Below, in pieces: positions 31,376-41,313 of a DNA stretch of 64,000 nt. The stretch's first letter is position 1, and each line of letters opens with the position of its first letter. Under the pieces are notes generated by a model. The model made no database searches. It was not told the DNA's origin and saw only the letters and a list, made by a program, of their open reading frames with translations. The position numbers and the translations under genes were made by a program. Location of the stretch: contig CAWBHS010000090.1 of assembly GCA_963788655.1 (NCBI GenBank), positions 96,001 through 160,000 on the forward strand. Direction: 5' to 3'. The stretch is from an uncultured Verrucomicrobiae bacterium. GTDB lineage: Bacteria; Verrucomicrobiota; Verrucomicrobiia; Limisphaerales; JAFGQR01.

Positions 31376-31923
31376 AAGTCGACTCCTTCAGGGAAATTTC
31401 GTTTTGTTGTTAGGAATGCGATCCGCAGATCACTACAAGAAATTAATGGAAGCTGACTGCCGCCGCAATGGGCATCTGCACAGCCGGTGCTGTGGCAACA
31501 CTCGCCCAGCATCTTGCCGCGACCCCGCACCGTCTCGAATACAGCGGTCCGTTGCGAGCAAGCGACACGCACCATCGCCACTATGATCGAAAAAATATTT
31601 CACGTGGCGCAAACGTTCACCCGACCGCGACTTCGCGGCGTTTAAAGCTTGAGCCTACCACTCGGATATTTGCACCTGATTGAGACAGAGACGTGACGAC
31701 ACCGCGTGCTGCGCAAAGCTCAGCAGTGCGCATGCCGTGACCATCCGACCGGAAGGCCACTGGTGTGGTTGCGCGTGCAACTCAGTATTGCGTCGAAGCC
31801 ACGCAGAGACGCGCTGAACCGCGTGCCGTGACACAGGACGCGATTCGGCGCGTGGCGACGCGAATCAATCGCGATTTTTTGCGTGCAGCCGCCGGAGCTG
31901 GCGCGACGACGGCTGGCTCGCGA

Positions 31924-32148
31924 TCACGTGGGCGGAGGATCGGAGCGGGACGGCTTGCAGGTATTGATGCCGACAATCGCGTTCGCGGGACAGAAGCCGA
32001 CGATTGCCGTCAGCAGCGCAATCGCGGCGATCACGAATACGACAATCTGCCAAGCCGCACTCAGCGGCGCGAAAAATCCAACCGCCAGCAACACCACACC
32101 GAGAACGATGCGCGCAGTGCGGTCCATACCGCCCACATTGCATTTCAT
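31924..32148 (-). CDS. DUF2892 (YgaP-like) membrane protein
   Basis: MKCNVGGMDRTARIVLG...GFCPANAIVGINTC. Confidence 0.9.
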   Translation of the reverse strand: MKCNVGGMDRTARIVLGVVLLAVGFFAPLSAAWQIVVFVIAAIALLTAIVGFCPANAIVGINTCKPSRSDPPPT

Positions 32149-32283
32149 ATCGCGTCCCTCTGGCAATCCAAACTCGACGGGCACCGACGATGCGAGGCCC
32201 ACTCCTGTTACAGTCTAGCAGCGCTAAGTCGCTATTGTGACGGCCTGCTGCACCCGGCAGGATGCGGTCGCGCAGGTTCCGGC

Positions 32284-32625
32284 TCAGCGCGTGTGCCGGG
32301 CATAGGTCTGTTTATCCATATCCACGACTTCCACCGTGATCGAGTGCGCGGCCCACTCCTGATTGCGCAACGCATTCAACACCGCATCGCTGAGGACCCG
32401 TTTCTGGGCCGTATCGCGACCGCTGTGGATGCGCAACTGGGCATGCACGAACGGCGCGCGGCCCGTCCCGGTACGATAGAACTCCACCGGTATGGCGCGC
32501 GTGCGGATATGACTTGGTTCGAAAAGACCCGTCGCATAGGCTGCATCGTGCACAGCATCAAGCATTTCCGACACCTGGTCGGCCGAGGCCAACTCCTGGG
32601 CGTATTCGATAATCAAGTGAGGCAT
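32284..32625 (-). CDS. 5-carboxymethyl-2-hydroxymuconate isomerase family (tautomerase fold)
   Basis: N-terminal MPHLIIEY (Pro1), GLF..SHIRTRA, GRDTAQK. Confidence 0.85.
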   Translation of the reverse strand: MPHLIIEYAQELASADQVSEMLDAVHDAAYATGLFEPSHIRTRAIPVEFYRTGTGRAPFVHAQLRIHSGRDTAQKRVLSDAVLNALRNQEWAAHSITVEVVDMDKQTYARHTR

Positions 32626-32899
32626 GTCGGACTCGAATCGTCTGCGTTGGCGGGGCGAAACCCTTCTCCCGGGCAGCAAACCCCGGTGTTGCAAGTGTAC
32701 CGCAACGGCGCGGCCGCATTGGCGTGCGCTGCAAGCAGACACCATGCAGCGACCAATACGCCAGCCGATAGGGTTGGCGCAGACATGGTCACAGGATTCA
32801 AGCCTCCACCTGAGGCGATGTGCTTCGGTTGCTGCACAGGGCGCGCTGTGCGCGCCGGGACCACGTCGTTTGTCTTTTGCGCAGGGGCGCGGCTTGCGC

Positions 32900-34504
32900 T
32901 CAAGTGGTGCCAGCCGCGCTGTTGGCGTGCGGTGGGCGGAACGCCGCCGCATTGATACCGAGCGACTTGAGCTTCATGTGCACCGCGCGGGGCGTCACCG
33001 ACATTTCGCGGGCGACTGCAGTGACGTTGCCGTTGAACTTGCGTAGCGCCGCGACGATGAGATTGGCCTCGGTCTCGCGCAGCGCTTGGCGCCGGGCGTC
33101 GCGCAGGGTCGCCGGCGCGTGCGCGTAAGCGGTCGGCGAGTCGATCTTCAGATCATCGATCACCACGCCGCGAGCGAACAAAAACGCGCGCTCCAGCACG
33201 TTCTCCAATTCACGCAAGTTGCCGGGCCAATCGTAACGCAGCACCTTCGACCAGGCTTTGTTGCTCAATGTTTTCGGAGCAGCGGCGTATTGGTCTGCCA
33301 GGCGACGCAGAAAGTGGTGAATCAGGGGCGAGAAATCATCCGGCCGTTCGCGCAGCGGCGGAATCTGTATCGGCACTACGTTCAAGCGATAGAAAAGATC
33401 GCGCCGAAAACGGCCCTCGGCCACGGCGCGCTCCAGGTCCTGATTGGATGCGGCGACGATGCGCACGTCGGTCGCCAGGGTTTGTCGGCCGCCGACCCGT
33501 TCGAACTGGCCCTCCTGCAATACGCGCAGCAACCGCGCTTGTGCCGATACCGGCAGGCAGTCGATTTCGTCGAGAAACAGCGTGCCGCCGTTGGTGCGTT
33601 CGAAATAGCCATGATGGACGTCGTAGGCATCAGTGAAGGCGCCTTTCTCGTGCCCGAACAACGTGCTTTCGATCAAGTTATCCGGAATCGCACCGCAATT
33701 CACCGCCAACAACTCCCGGGCGGTACGGTCACTCATGGCATGGATGGCGCGGGCGATCACTTCCTTGCCGACCCCGGTCTCGCCGCTGATCAATACTGTC
33801 GCCCGGGTCGGCGCCACCACCTCCACCGCTTCCAGAACACCGCGCATGGAGGCCGATTCGGCGATCACCGTCGGTGGCGGCTGGGCCGGGCGAGTCTTGC
33901 CTGGAATCGCCGGGCACCACACCTGGCGCAGTTTCGCTTCCACCCGGGCGCGCACGGTCGCCGACGCCGAGCGGGACACAATCTTGTCGCCGTCACAGTG
34001 ATACTCATCGCCTGGCTTGTTCTCCGCCGTGGCCGGGTCGATGTATACGTAGACTTCACAGCAATCGTCATGGGTGGCGATGCGCTTGCGCAGTTCCACC
34101 TTACCGTAGCCGAAATTGCGCGCCGCGATGCCGCCGAACACGCTGGCCGTCATGCGGCACAGCTCCGGCGCCGAGCGCACGTTGTCGCCGAACGGGCAGC
34201 AACTGTTACGCACCCGGATGACCCCCGGTTCAGACGAGGTACGGGCGAAGTTTCCGCCGATCTGGTTCTTCAGGGTGACGATCAAACTGGCGTATTGATC
34301 GGGCGTAATGGGCCCGCTCCCGGTGTACCCCAAGCACGATCGGGCACCTTCCTCCAGGCAATGGCTGGCCGCCAAGCCAACCCGTTCGACGTATTCCTGG
34401 GTACCGCTGCCGGCTCCCGCCGCAGTGGTCACCCGTACGCTTTCGGCGATGAACGCTTGCAGAAAAGTCACCGGATCTAGGGGCTTGCGGGAATCGCTCG
34501 ACAT
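32900..34504 (-). CDS. Sigma-54 enhancer-binding protein with Cys-rich MetOD1/V4R-like sensor domain
   Basis: AAA+ motifs [50 protein letters not shown]; Fis-type HTH; N-terminal CCPFG...[23 protein letters not shown]...DDCCEV. Confidence 0.92.
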   Translation of the reverse strand: MSSDSRKPLDPVTFLQAFIAESVRVTTAAGAGSGTQEYVERVGLAASHCLEEGARSCLGYTGSGPITPDQYASLIVTLKNQIGGNFARTSSEPGVIRVRNSCCPFGDNVRSAPELCRMTASVFGGIAARNFGYGKVELRKRIATHDDCCEVYVYIDPATAENKPGDEYHCDGDKIVSRSASATVRARVEAKLRQVWCPAIPGKTRPAQPPPTVIAESASMRGVLEAVEVVAPTRATVLISGETGVGKEVIARAIHAMSDRTARELLAVNCGAIPDNLIESTLFGHEKGAFTDAYDVHHGYFERTNGGTLFLDEIDCLPVSAQARLLRVLQEGQFERVGGRQTLATDVRIVAASNQDLERAVAEGRFRRDLFYRLNVVPIQIPPLRERPDDFSPLIHHFLRRLADQYAAAPKTLSNKAWSKVLRYDWPGNLRELENVLERAFLFARGVVIDDLKIDSPTAYAHAPATLRDARRQALRETEANLIVAALRKFNGNVTAVAREMSVTPRAVHMKLKSLGINAAAFRPPHANSAAGTT

Positions 34505-34630
34505 CTGCGCACCGCCTTTGGGTTCAGCACGAAACCTCATCAATATAGACGATTGCCGGCCGCCCCGGGAACCGCGAACTGGCAGCACCCCCACCGAGGC
34601 CATCGGCGGGGGTCCTGGTTCACCAGCGGT

Positions 34631-34858
34631 TCAATGACAGCAAGGGCAGCCCGGGCCGTGGCTCGCAGGTTGCGGCTCCAGGCTTTGCGCGGCCAACTGC
34701 CGCCCGCGGGCCATATGGCCGTGCACTGCCGGCGCCGTGACGAAGATAAGCCTCGCCTCGGCACCGCACCGCGGGCACCGCGGCGCAACTTCGGACATGG
34801 CGTGGCGAGCCTCGAAGCGGGTGTCACAGCTGGCACAACGGTAATCATACAATGGCAT
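34631..34858 (-). CDS. FmdB-family zinc-ribbon protein
   Basis: MPLYDYRCASC...CPRCG; C-terminal HGPGCPCCH; RBS GGGAG. Confidence 0.9.
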   Translation of the reverse strand: MPLYDYRCASCDTRFEARHAMSEVAPRCPRCGAEARLIFVTAPAVHGHMARGRQLAAQSLEPQPASHGPGCPCCH

Positions 34859-34888
34859 GGCAGACTCCCTTGGCACAGGCCGCGCCGT

Positions 34889-35543
34889 TCAGCTCCAACG
34901 CGCCGGCTGCGCCGCTTTGACACCGAACTGCTGGGCGGTCACATCGGTACGAGCACGCTTTTCCGCTTCCTGTGTCGGCGGCCGCAACCGCCGGGTCTCC
35001 ACTTCCCAGACCCAGCCGCTGACGGTTACCTCCTTGGGAATCAGGGGATGGTTCTTGAACGCTTCGACGGTTTTCATACACGCTTTATCGACGTCATCCA
35101 TCATCCCGATCCATTTCGCGAACGCACCTTTGTCGAGCTTGAGTTCGGGCAAGGTCGGATCGAGCGTCACTTCGTCGGGATCGACACCCTTCTTGCGCAG
35201 TGCCTCGACCAGATCGTTGGCGTTGGCCGACAACATGCCGCACTGGGTGTGCTGGACGATGACGATTTCCTTGGTGCCGAAGAAATTGCAGGTCAGCATG
35301 GCCGAGCGCACTGCATCGTCGGTGACGATACCGCCGGCATTGCGAAAACAGTGCGCGTCACCGCCGCCGACGCCCGAATCCACGTGGATACCCAGGGCCT
35401 CATCCACTGGCAGGCGTTCGTCCATGCATGCCGAGCACCCAAAGACGCCGATTGTTGGGCCCATCGGCGCCGTAACGCCGCCGACTCGCCCAGTGGTCGT
35501 AGGCTTTGGTTCGATTCTCCAGTTCCTCTTTCAAGGTTCCCAT
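34889..35543 (-). pseudogene. CS2/COS-hydrolase-type beta-carbonic anhydrase with one +1 frameshift near 35432 (possibly an assembly error)
   Basis: RBS GGAGGAG and ATG at 35543. PNNRRLWVL continues in another frame as ACMDERLP...RNAGGIVTDDAVRSAMLTCNFFGTKEIVIVQHTQCGML...NHPLIPK...WEVETRRLR. The 655 nt equal 217 aa plus stop plus one extra base. Confidence 0.88.
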
Positions 35544-35596
35544 TGCTGTCTCCTCCAAATGTTTTGTGTTTACGCCGCAGCGCAAGCTACCGCCGA

Positions 35597-35612
35597 AGCA
35601 GTTTGCGTGCCA
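35597..35612 (-). promoter_or_regulatory. Sigma-54 (-24/-12) promoter
   Basis: Minus strand TGGCACGCAAACTGCT = GG-N10-GC with TGGCAC core, about 55 bp upstream of the hydrolase ATG. Confidence 0.85.
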
Positions 35613-35629
35613 CACAGTACCGTCAAGAA

Positions 35630-35642
35630 AAACAAGGGCTTG
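35630..35642 (+). promoter_or_regulatory. IHF-like site
   Basis: AAACAAGGGCTTG versus WATCAANNNNTTR (one mismatch), between the -24 box and the candidate UAS. Confidence 0.5.
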
Positions 35643-35723
35643 GCTGCAGCAAAAGATGCGCACGGAAGCGGGCATACGTAGGCGCGCACCTAAGCGCCTG
35701 CAATAGCAGTCATTCCTAACCGA

Positions 35724-35756
35724 GAAGCAAAACTTCGCAGCAGGAAGTTTGAGTTC
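35724..35756. promoter_or_regulatory. Candidate upstream activator sequences (two palindromes)
   Basis: GAAG-CAAAA-CTTC (35724-35736) and GAAG-TTTGA-GTTC (35744-35756), 20 bp apart; inner arms form the perfect repeat AAACTTC-N7-GAAGTTT. Confidence 0.55.
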
Positions 35757-35948
35757 GCAGTGGAATACGGCCCGTTCGGTTTGCGTGTCGGTGACCCGGC
35801 CTGATAGTAATCGACGCCCGCCTCGCGCCCTGCCCTCGTCCTTATTGCCCGCCACGTGCGCTCCGTCACACTGCGCGCCATCCTTTTACAGAGGCTCGGG
35901 TGCTGCGCCGATAAACTGGCATAAGGATGGAAATAACCAATAATTCAG

Positions 35949-37898
35949 ATGGATACACTCAAGGCCGAGACCTCTGCCAAGGCCCAACCGATCAACCGCC
36001 TGTTGGTGATCAGCTTCGTGTTGATCGCCCTCGTGCCGCTCGGGTTGCTGGGCGTAAAGCTGTACAACGCCGCTTGGGAGGAAGCCTGGCGGGAAATCCG
36101 CGAGAAACACCAACTCCTGGCCCAGAACCTGGCGTCGCCTATCGGCATCTATGTGCAGGACCACCGCCGAGCGCTGCGCATGATCGCCGCCATGATCCAT
36201 TCGACCAACGCCGATGACGCGACTACCGCCCACCATCGCACCCTGATGCGCGAACTGGGCGCCAACATGGGTGACTTCGATGCATTGGTGCTGATGGACG
36301 CCGCCGGCAACGCGCGCACCGTCACCCAGGGCGGCAAGTTGCGGGCCAATGCCACCACTGCCTACGGCCAGGAGAACTGTTACCGAATGACCGTGGCCAG
36401 TGGCGAACCCAGGGTTTCCGGGATCACCCGCAGCCCTTTGAGCGGCCGCCCCACGGTGATCGTCAGTCATCCGCTGTGGGGACCGGATCGCGAACTCATC
36501 GGCGTATTGCTGGGCGAGCTTCGTATCGCTCCGATCGAACAGTTGCGGCGCAATATCCGTTTCGGCCAAAAGGGCCACTCGGCGATCGTCGATCAACGTG
36601 GGCGCGTCATCGCCCATCCCAACCCGGACTGGATGCAGTCGCTGCGCGACTTGTCCGACCTGCCCGTGGTGCAAAAAATGATGCGCGGCGAAACCGGAGT
36701 TACCGAGTTCTACTCGCCGTTCGTGAAAGCGCAGATGGTGGCGGGCTATGCCACCGTTCCCGACATCGGCTGGGGCGTCATGGTGCCCCAGCCCAAGTCC
36801 GAAGTTCAGGCGCAGGTGGGACGGCTGCTTTCTTCGCAATTGAGCTGGGCGCTCGCCGGCCTGGCCCTCGCAGCGTTGTTGGCGGTCGCCCTTGCGCGCT
36901 GGATCACCCGCCCCCTCAACCGGCTGGCCGACAGTGCCCGCCGGCTCATGCATAACCAATATCGCGGCAGCATCGCCGACCTACCGCTGCGCGCGCCGCG
37001 GGAAGTCCTGCAACTGGGCTACACCATCCGTAATCTGGTCGCCGGCCTGCAACAATCCCGCGAACAGGTCAGCAGCTTGAACCGCTCGTTGCAACAACGC
37101 GTCGACGACGCCACCGCGGCGCTGCAGCACACCAACGAACGACTCAGCGAAGCGCTGCAACGCAGTGACGAGTTCCTGAGTTTCGCCCGGCACGATTTGC
37201 GCAAACCGATTTTCGTCATCAGCGACATCACCGAAACCCTGCGCGACGAATTGGACAACGGATCGGGTGACCCGCAGTCGATCACCCAAGGGCTCGAACT
37301 CATCGCCCAGTCGGCGCGCTATATGCAACGCCTGACAGACGATTTCCTGGGTCTGGGCTCCGTCGGCGGAGCCACGCTGCACATCAGTCGACGCGCCGTG
37401 CAACTCAACGACATCGCCCAAGTCACGGTGGACAGCAACCGGGCTTATGCGGGGCGCAAGCAGGTCGAGTTACAAATGGAAATGCAACCGGACCTGCCGG
37501 CAATCCACGCCGACGACGCGCGCTTGGCGCAAGTACTTCACAACCTGGTGGACAACGCGATCAAGTTCGCCAGCGCGGGCGACTGCGTCCGTGTGACCAC
37601 CAGCGGTAACCAGCAGGCCGTAGCGGTCGAGATCCACGACACTGGCCCCGGTCTTCGCCCCGACGACCTGGAAAAGGTATTCACCAAGAATGCGCGGCTC
37701 AGCAACCGGCCTACCGGCGGTGAGCGCAGTACCGGCCTCGGATTGGCGATCTGCAAAGCCATCGTCGAAGAGCACGGCGGCAGCATCGGCGTGCGCAACA
37801 ATGCGGAAGGCGGTTGTACGTTTTGGTTTCGGCTGCGGCTGGAACACGCCGAGCAGATCCACATGCCCCAGGTGAAGACCTCCCGTTCGACACCGTAG
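35949..37898 (+). CDS. Cache-HAMP sensor histidine kinase (no adjacent response regulator)
   Basis: Two TM flanking a dCache-like domain (SAIVDQRGRVIAHP); HAMP; HDLRKP; NLVDNAIKF, DTGPG, GLGLAIC. Confidence 0.92.
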   Translation: MDTLKAETSAKAQPINRLLVISFVLIALVPLGLLGVKLYNAAWEEAWREIREKHQLLAQNLASPIGIYVQDHRRALRMIAAMIHSTNADDATTAHHRTLMRELGANMGDFDALVLMDAAGNARTVTQGGKLRANATTAYGQENCYRMTVASGEPRVSGITRSPLSGRPTVIVSHPLWGPDRELIGVLLGELRIAPIEQLRRNIRFGQKGHSAIVDQRGRVIAHPNPDWMQSLRDLSDLPVVQKMMRGETGVTEFYSPFVKAQMVAGYATVPDIGWGVMVPQPKSEVQAQVGRLLSSQLSWALAGLALAALLAVALARWITRPLNRLADSARRLMHNQYRGSIADLPLRAPREVLQLGYTIRNLVAGLQQSREQVSSLNRSLQQRVDDATAALQHTNERLSEALQRSDEFLSFARHDLRKPIFVISDITETLRDELDNGSGDPQSITQGLELIAQSARYMQRLTDDFLGLGSVGGATLHISRRAVQLNDIAQVTVDSNRAYAGRKQVELQMEMQPDLPAIHADDARLAQVLHNLVDNAIKFASAGDCVRVTTSGNQQAVAVEIHDTGPGLRPDDLEKVFTKNARLSNRPTGGERSTGLGLAICKAIVEEHGGSIGVRNNAEGGCTFWFRLRLEHAEQIHMPQVKTSRSTP

Positions 37899-38074
37899 GC
37901 CGACGACAGCAGGCGCCCGAACAACGCAGCGCTCGCCCAGGTTCCGTCCGGCGCGGCCACGACCGCGAGCAACCCCGGCACGTCGAGTGGCGCCAGCCGG
38001 GCGCGTGCTGCGGCCCGACGCTCGCCTGCTAGACTGCAAAGCAACATTGGCAGCCACGCAGAGGAATTTCAGGC

Positions 38075-38836
38075 ATGATTTTTCGTCAGCTTTTCGAGCC
38101 CGTCTCCAGTACTTACACCTATCTGCTCGGCTGTGAAGATACGGGGCAGGCGCTGTTGATCGACCCCGTTCTGCCGAGTTGGCAGCGGGACCTGGAAACC
38201 GTGAACGAATTGGGGCTTCGGCTGGCCTATACCCTGGATACGCACATCCACGCCGATCACATCACTTCGGCGTCTACCCTGCGCCGGGAAGCCGGCAGCC
38301 GCGTCGCCCATCCGGCGATCGACCAACTGGACTGCGTCGATGTCGGCATCGAGGAAGGTACGCCCTTTGAAATGGGCAGTATTCGACTGGACCCATTATT
38401 CACGCCAGGACATACCGACGGCCATCACGCCTATCGCATCCGCGATCAGCTCAGCGACCGTGTATTCAGCGGCGACGCCTTACTGATCGAAGCCTGTGGT
38501 CGCACTGACTTCCAGAATGGCGACGCGCCCACGTTATATCGCAGCATTCACGAAAAATTGTTTTCCCTGGCCGACGACGCGTTGGTATTCCCCGCCCACG
38601 ATTACGAGGGCCGGCATGTGACCAGCATCGGTCAGGAAAAGAATCGCAACCCGCGTTTGGGCAACAACAAACCCATGGACGAGTTCGTCAAGATCATGGA
38701 AGAAATGGACTTGCCCTATCCGAAGTTCATCGACCATGCGGTGCCCGGCAACCGTCAATGCGGCGTGTGCCCGCCGGACCTACCGAATCATCTGCTCGAG
38801 TATTGCGAAGAATCCGGAGACAGTCGCCAAGGTTGA
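38075..38836 (+). CDS. Persulfide dioxygenase (ETHE1-type MBL)
   Basis: MIFRQLFEPVSSTYTYLLGC, THIHADHIT, TPGHT, CGRTDFQ, PAHDY, NPRL, AVPGNRQCG. Confidence 0.92.
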   Translation: MIFRQLFEPVSSTYTYLLGCEDTGQALLIDPVLPSWQRDLETVNELGLRLAYTLDTHIHADHITSASTLRREAGSRVAHPAIDQLDCVDVGIEEGTPFEMGSIRLDPLFTPGHTDGHHAYRIRDQLSDRVFSGDALLIEACGRTDFQNGDAPTLYRSIHEKLFSLADDALVFPAHDYEGRHVTSIGQEKNRNPRLGNNKPMDEFVKIMEEMDLPYPKFIDHAVPGNRQCGVCPPDLPNHLLEYCEESGDSRQG

Positions 38837-38922
38837 CCGCTGCGGTGGACGCCGGCGTCCCAATCAATCCCGCGGCTTGCCGATCAAATCCCGGGTACCG
38901 GCTACCGAAATAGGGCCTGATC

Positions 38923-39078
38923 TCACGCCGACAACGCGACCATGATCGCCAAAAGATTGAGCCCGTCATGCTTGATCGGCAATCTCAGCTCGGTGCCGTG
39001 ATACAGCGCAGCGAACCCGATGACGCAGCCCAAAACGAGCAGGAACAGCGATGACTTCCTCGCATACCACGCCACCAT
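38923..39078 (-). CDS. Small 51-aa hydrophobic protein (below the ORF-track cutoff)
   Basis: GGAGG RBS 7 nt before ATG; MVAWYARKSSLFLLVLGCVIGFAALYHGTELRLPIKHDGLNLLAIMVALSA. Confidence 0.55.
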   Translation of the reverse strand: MVAWYARKSSLFLLVLGCVIGFAALYHGTELRLPIKHDGLNLLAIMVALSA

Positions 39079-39413
39079 AGGAACGCCTCCGTGTATCGCC
39101 GATAATCCAACACCGCTGCACGTTCACAAACGCACCGATCATAACCCGGCGCAGTCGCGGTACACACCGATGGAGCAGCTTGTGCCGTTTGTTGCGGTGC
39201 AATCATGGAATACGCACCGCGCAAACACTTCGAGTGCGTTGCCGCGTAAGGGCGCGAACCGGAAGTTGCGGACGGAACCGCTATGAACAGGCAAGCGCGC
39301 GACGCCCGGAAGCAAGCCGGCGGGCGCGCATCAGCCGATGAACGGATGGCTCAGGGAATAAAGAGGGAAAACGCGTGGGCGCCGGTCCGGCGCCCGCGCG
39401 CATCAAAAGCCGA

Positions 39414-40301
39414 TTATTGCACCTTGCTCTGCACCCAGCGGCGCAGGCGGTTGGAATCTCCGAACGGCGTCAGCTTGCCGAAGGAATCCAGAAAGACGAT
39501 ATACAGCGGATGATCGGCGATATCCGCCTGCATCACCAGGCAACGTCCGGCTTCGTTGATGAAGCCCGTCTTGCTGAGGCCGATGTCCCAGCTGTCGCGG
39601 CGCACCAGCCGATTGGTATTGCCGAAACGCAGCCCGCGACGTCCTTTGAATGGGTGGACGGTCATGAATGCAGTCGTGGTCGCTTCCCGGATCAACGGAT
39701 ATCCTTGCGCGGCCCGTATCATTTTCACCAGATCCCGCGCTGAAGAAACCGTGGCCGGGTCCAGCCCGGCGGGGCCGGCGAAATGGCTGTCATGCATGCC
39801 CAGGGATTGCGCTTTGCGGTTCATGGCGGCAATGAACGCTTTGCGGCCACCGGGATAAGTGCGCGCCAAGGCCATCGCGGCGCGGTTTTCCGACGCCAAC
39901 AGCGCCAGCCGAAGCATCTCGTCGCGGGTCAACGTTGCCCCGTAACGCAGGCGCGAACCGGTCAACTTGATGGTGTCGCGGTCAGCCTTGGTAATCGTAA
40001 TCCGCTGGTCCAATGGCAGGCCGCTGTCCAAAACCACCATGGCGGTCATCAATTTGGTGATGGACGCGATCGGGCGTGTCTGATCGTCGTGCTTGGCATA
40101 GATCACATTGCCGGAACGATCGACCACCAGGGCCGCCGCCGAACGTAAATTGAGATCGTCGGGATCCAATGCATCCCAAGGGGTTTCCGCCGCCGCGGCC
40201 GCCGGCTCCTGGGCCGACAGTTTGGCAATCTGGACAGCAGGGCCGTCCGCGAACACGGCCGAGGCGAACAGAACCCATAAAATCAGCAAATGCTTCTTCA
40301 T
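39414..40301 (-). CDS. pbpG: D-alanyl-D-alanine endopeptidase PBP7
   Basis: SxxK (ASITKLMT), SxN (SEN), KTG (SKTGFINEAGRCLVM). Confidence 0.92.
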   Translation of the reverse strand: MKKHLLILWVLFASAVFADGPAVQIAKLSAQEPAAAAAETPWDALDPDDLNLRSAAALVVDRSGNVIYAKHDDQTRPIASITKLMTAMVVLDSGLPLDQRITITKADRDTIKLTGSRLRYGATLTRDEMLRLALLASENRAAMALARTYPGGRKAFIAAMNRKAQSLGMHDSHFAGPAGLDPATVSSARDLVKMIRAAQGYPLIREATTTAFMTVHPFKGRRGLRFGNTNRLVRRDSWDIGLSKTGFINEAGRCLVMQADIADHPLYIVFLDSFGKLTPFGDSNRLRRWVQSKVQ

Positions 40302-40558
40302 TTTCCACAATCCTTTTGCACATGCCGGGCATTTCACACGTTCCCAGTGCGGATGTAAACTGCTGTGTGCAAACTATTTATCGACCGCCGCAAATTTTCT
40401 TGAAGCGCCAAATTCAACGAATGCCTTAACCAGTTTTAATGTGTGGCTGAAACCACGGCGCGAGGCTGGGGTGCCTTGCCGCATCGCCCCGCGCTTTACG
40501 CTAGCGGACCGCCGGCGCGCGACTTGAGCGCTCGATGCAAATCCCAGACACTGCGGCA

Positions 40559-41313
40559 ATGCTCACCCTGTCGCAGGTTTCGAAGCGCTACGGCGATACA
40601 GACGCCTTGCTACCTATCGATTTGCAGGTTGCAACCGGCGATACGGTGGTGCTGATCGGACCCAGCGGCTGCGGCAAATCGACATTGCTCCGCCTGGTGG
40701 TCGGGCTACTGCAAGCGGATCACGGTCGCATCGAGTTCGAGGGCGCCGCCCTCACCCCGCGACAACATCGGCATCGTCCGGCAGCGCATGGGCTACGTGA
40801 TCCAGGAAGGCGGGCTGTTCCCGCATCTGTGCGTACAAGACAACGTTACCGTCATGGCGCGTTATCTGCGGCGCGATCCGGAATGGACCGAAGCGCGCCT
40901 GCAGGAACTCGCCCGCCTGGTGCAACTACCCACTGACCTGATGAAACGCTTTCCGGGAGAGTTGTCGGGCGGTCAACGCCAGCGCGTCAGCCTCATGCGC
41001 GCATTGATGCTCGACCCTGATCTGCTGTTGCTGGATGAACCTCTGGGCGCGCTGGACCCCATGATCCGCTATCAATTGCAGCAGGAACTGAAAGCGATTT
41101 TCGCGACGCTGGCTAAGACCGTGGTCATGGTCACCCATGACATCGCCGAGGCCGCGTTCTTCGGCCACACCCTGGTGCTGATGCGGGCAGGCCGCGTCGT
41201 GCAAACCGGGATCGCCGCAGGAATTGCTGCGCAATCCCGCGGAGCCGTTCGTCGAGCAGTTCATTTCCGCGCAACGCGAACCCATGGCTCAACTCGCCAA
41301 GGTGCTTGGATGA
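40559..41313 (+). pseudogene. Osmoprotectant ABC ATPase, frameshifted near 40760 and 41210
   Basis: GPSGCGKS in one frame; MGYVIQEGGLFPH...LSGGQRQR...DEPLGALD in the next; C-terminus in a third. Confidence 0.85.

Noticed and set aside
33086..34480. Long antisense ORFs (also 14342-15556, 21109-22191, 24173-25243, 49681-50652)
   Set aside because: Shadow frames of well-supported genes on the opposite strand, expected at high GC.
35917..35932. Second sigma-54 promoter in front of the histidine kinase
   Set aside because: TGGCATAAGGATGGAA gives GG-N10-GA rather than GC and leaves almost no leader before the ATG.
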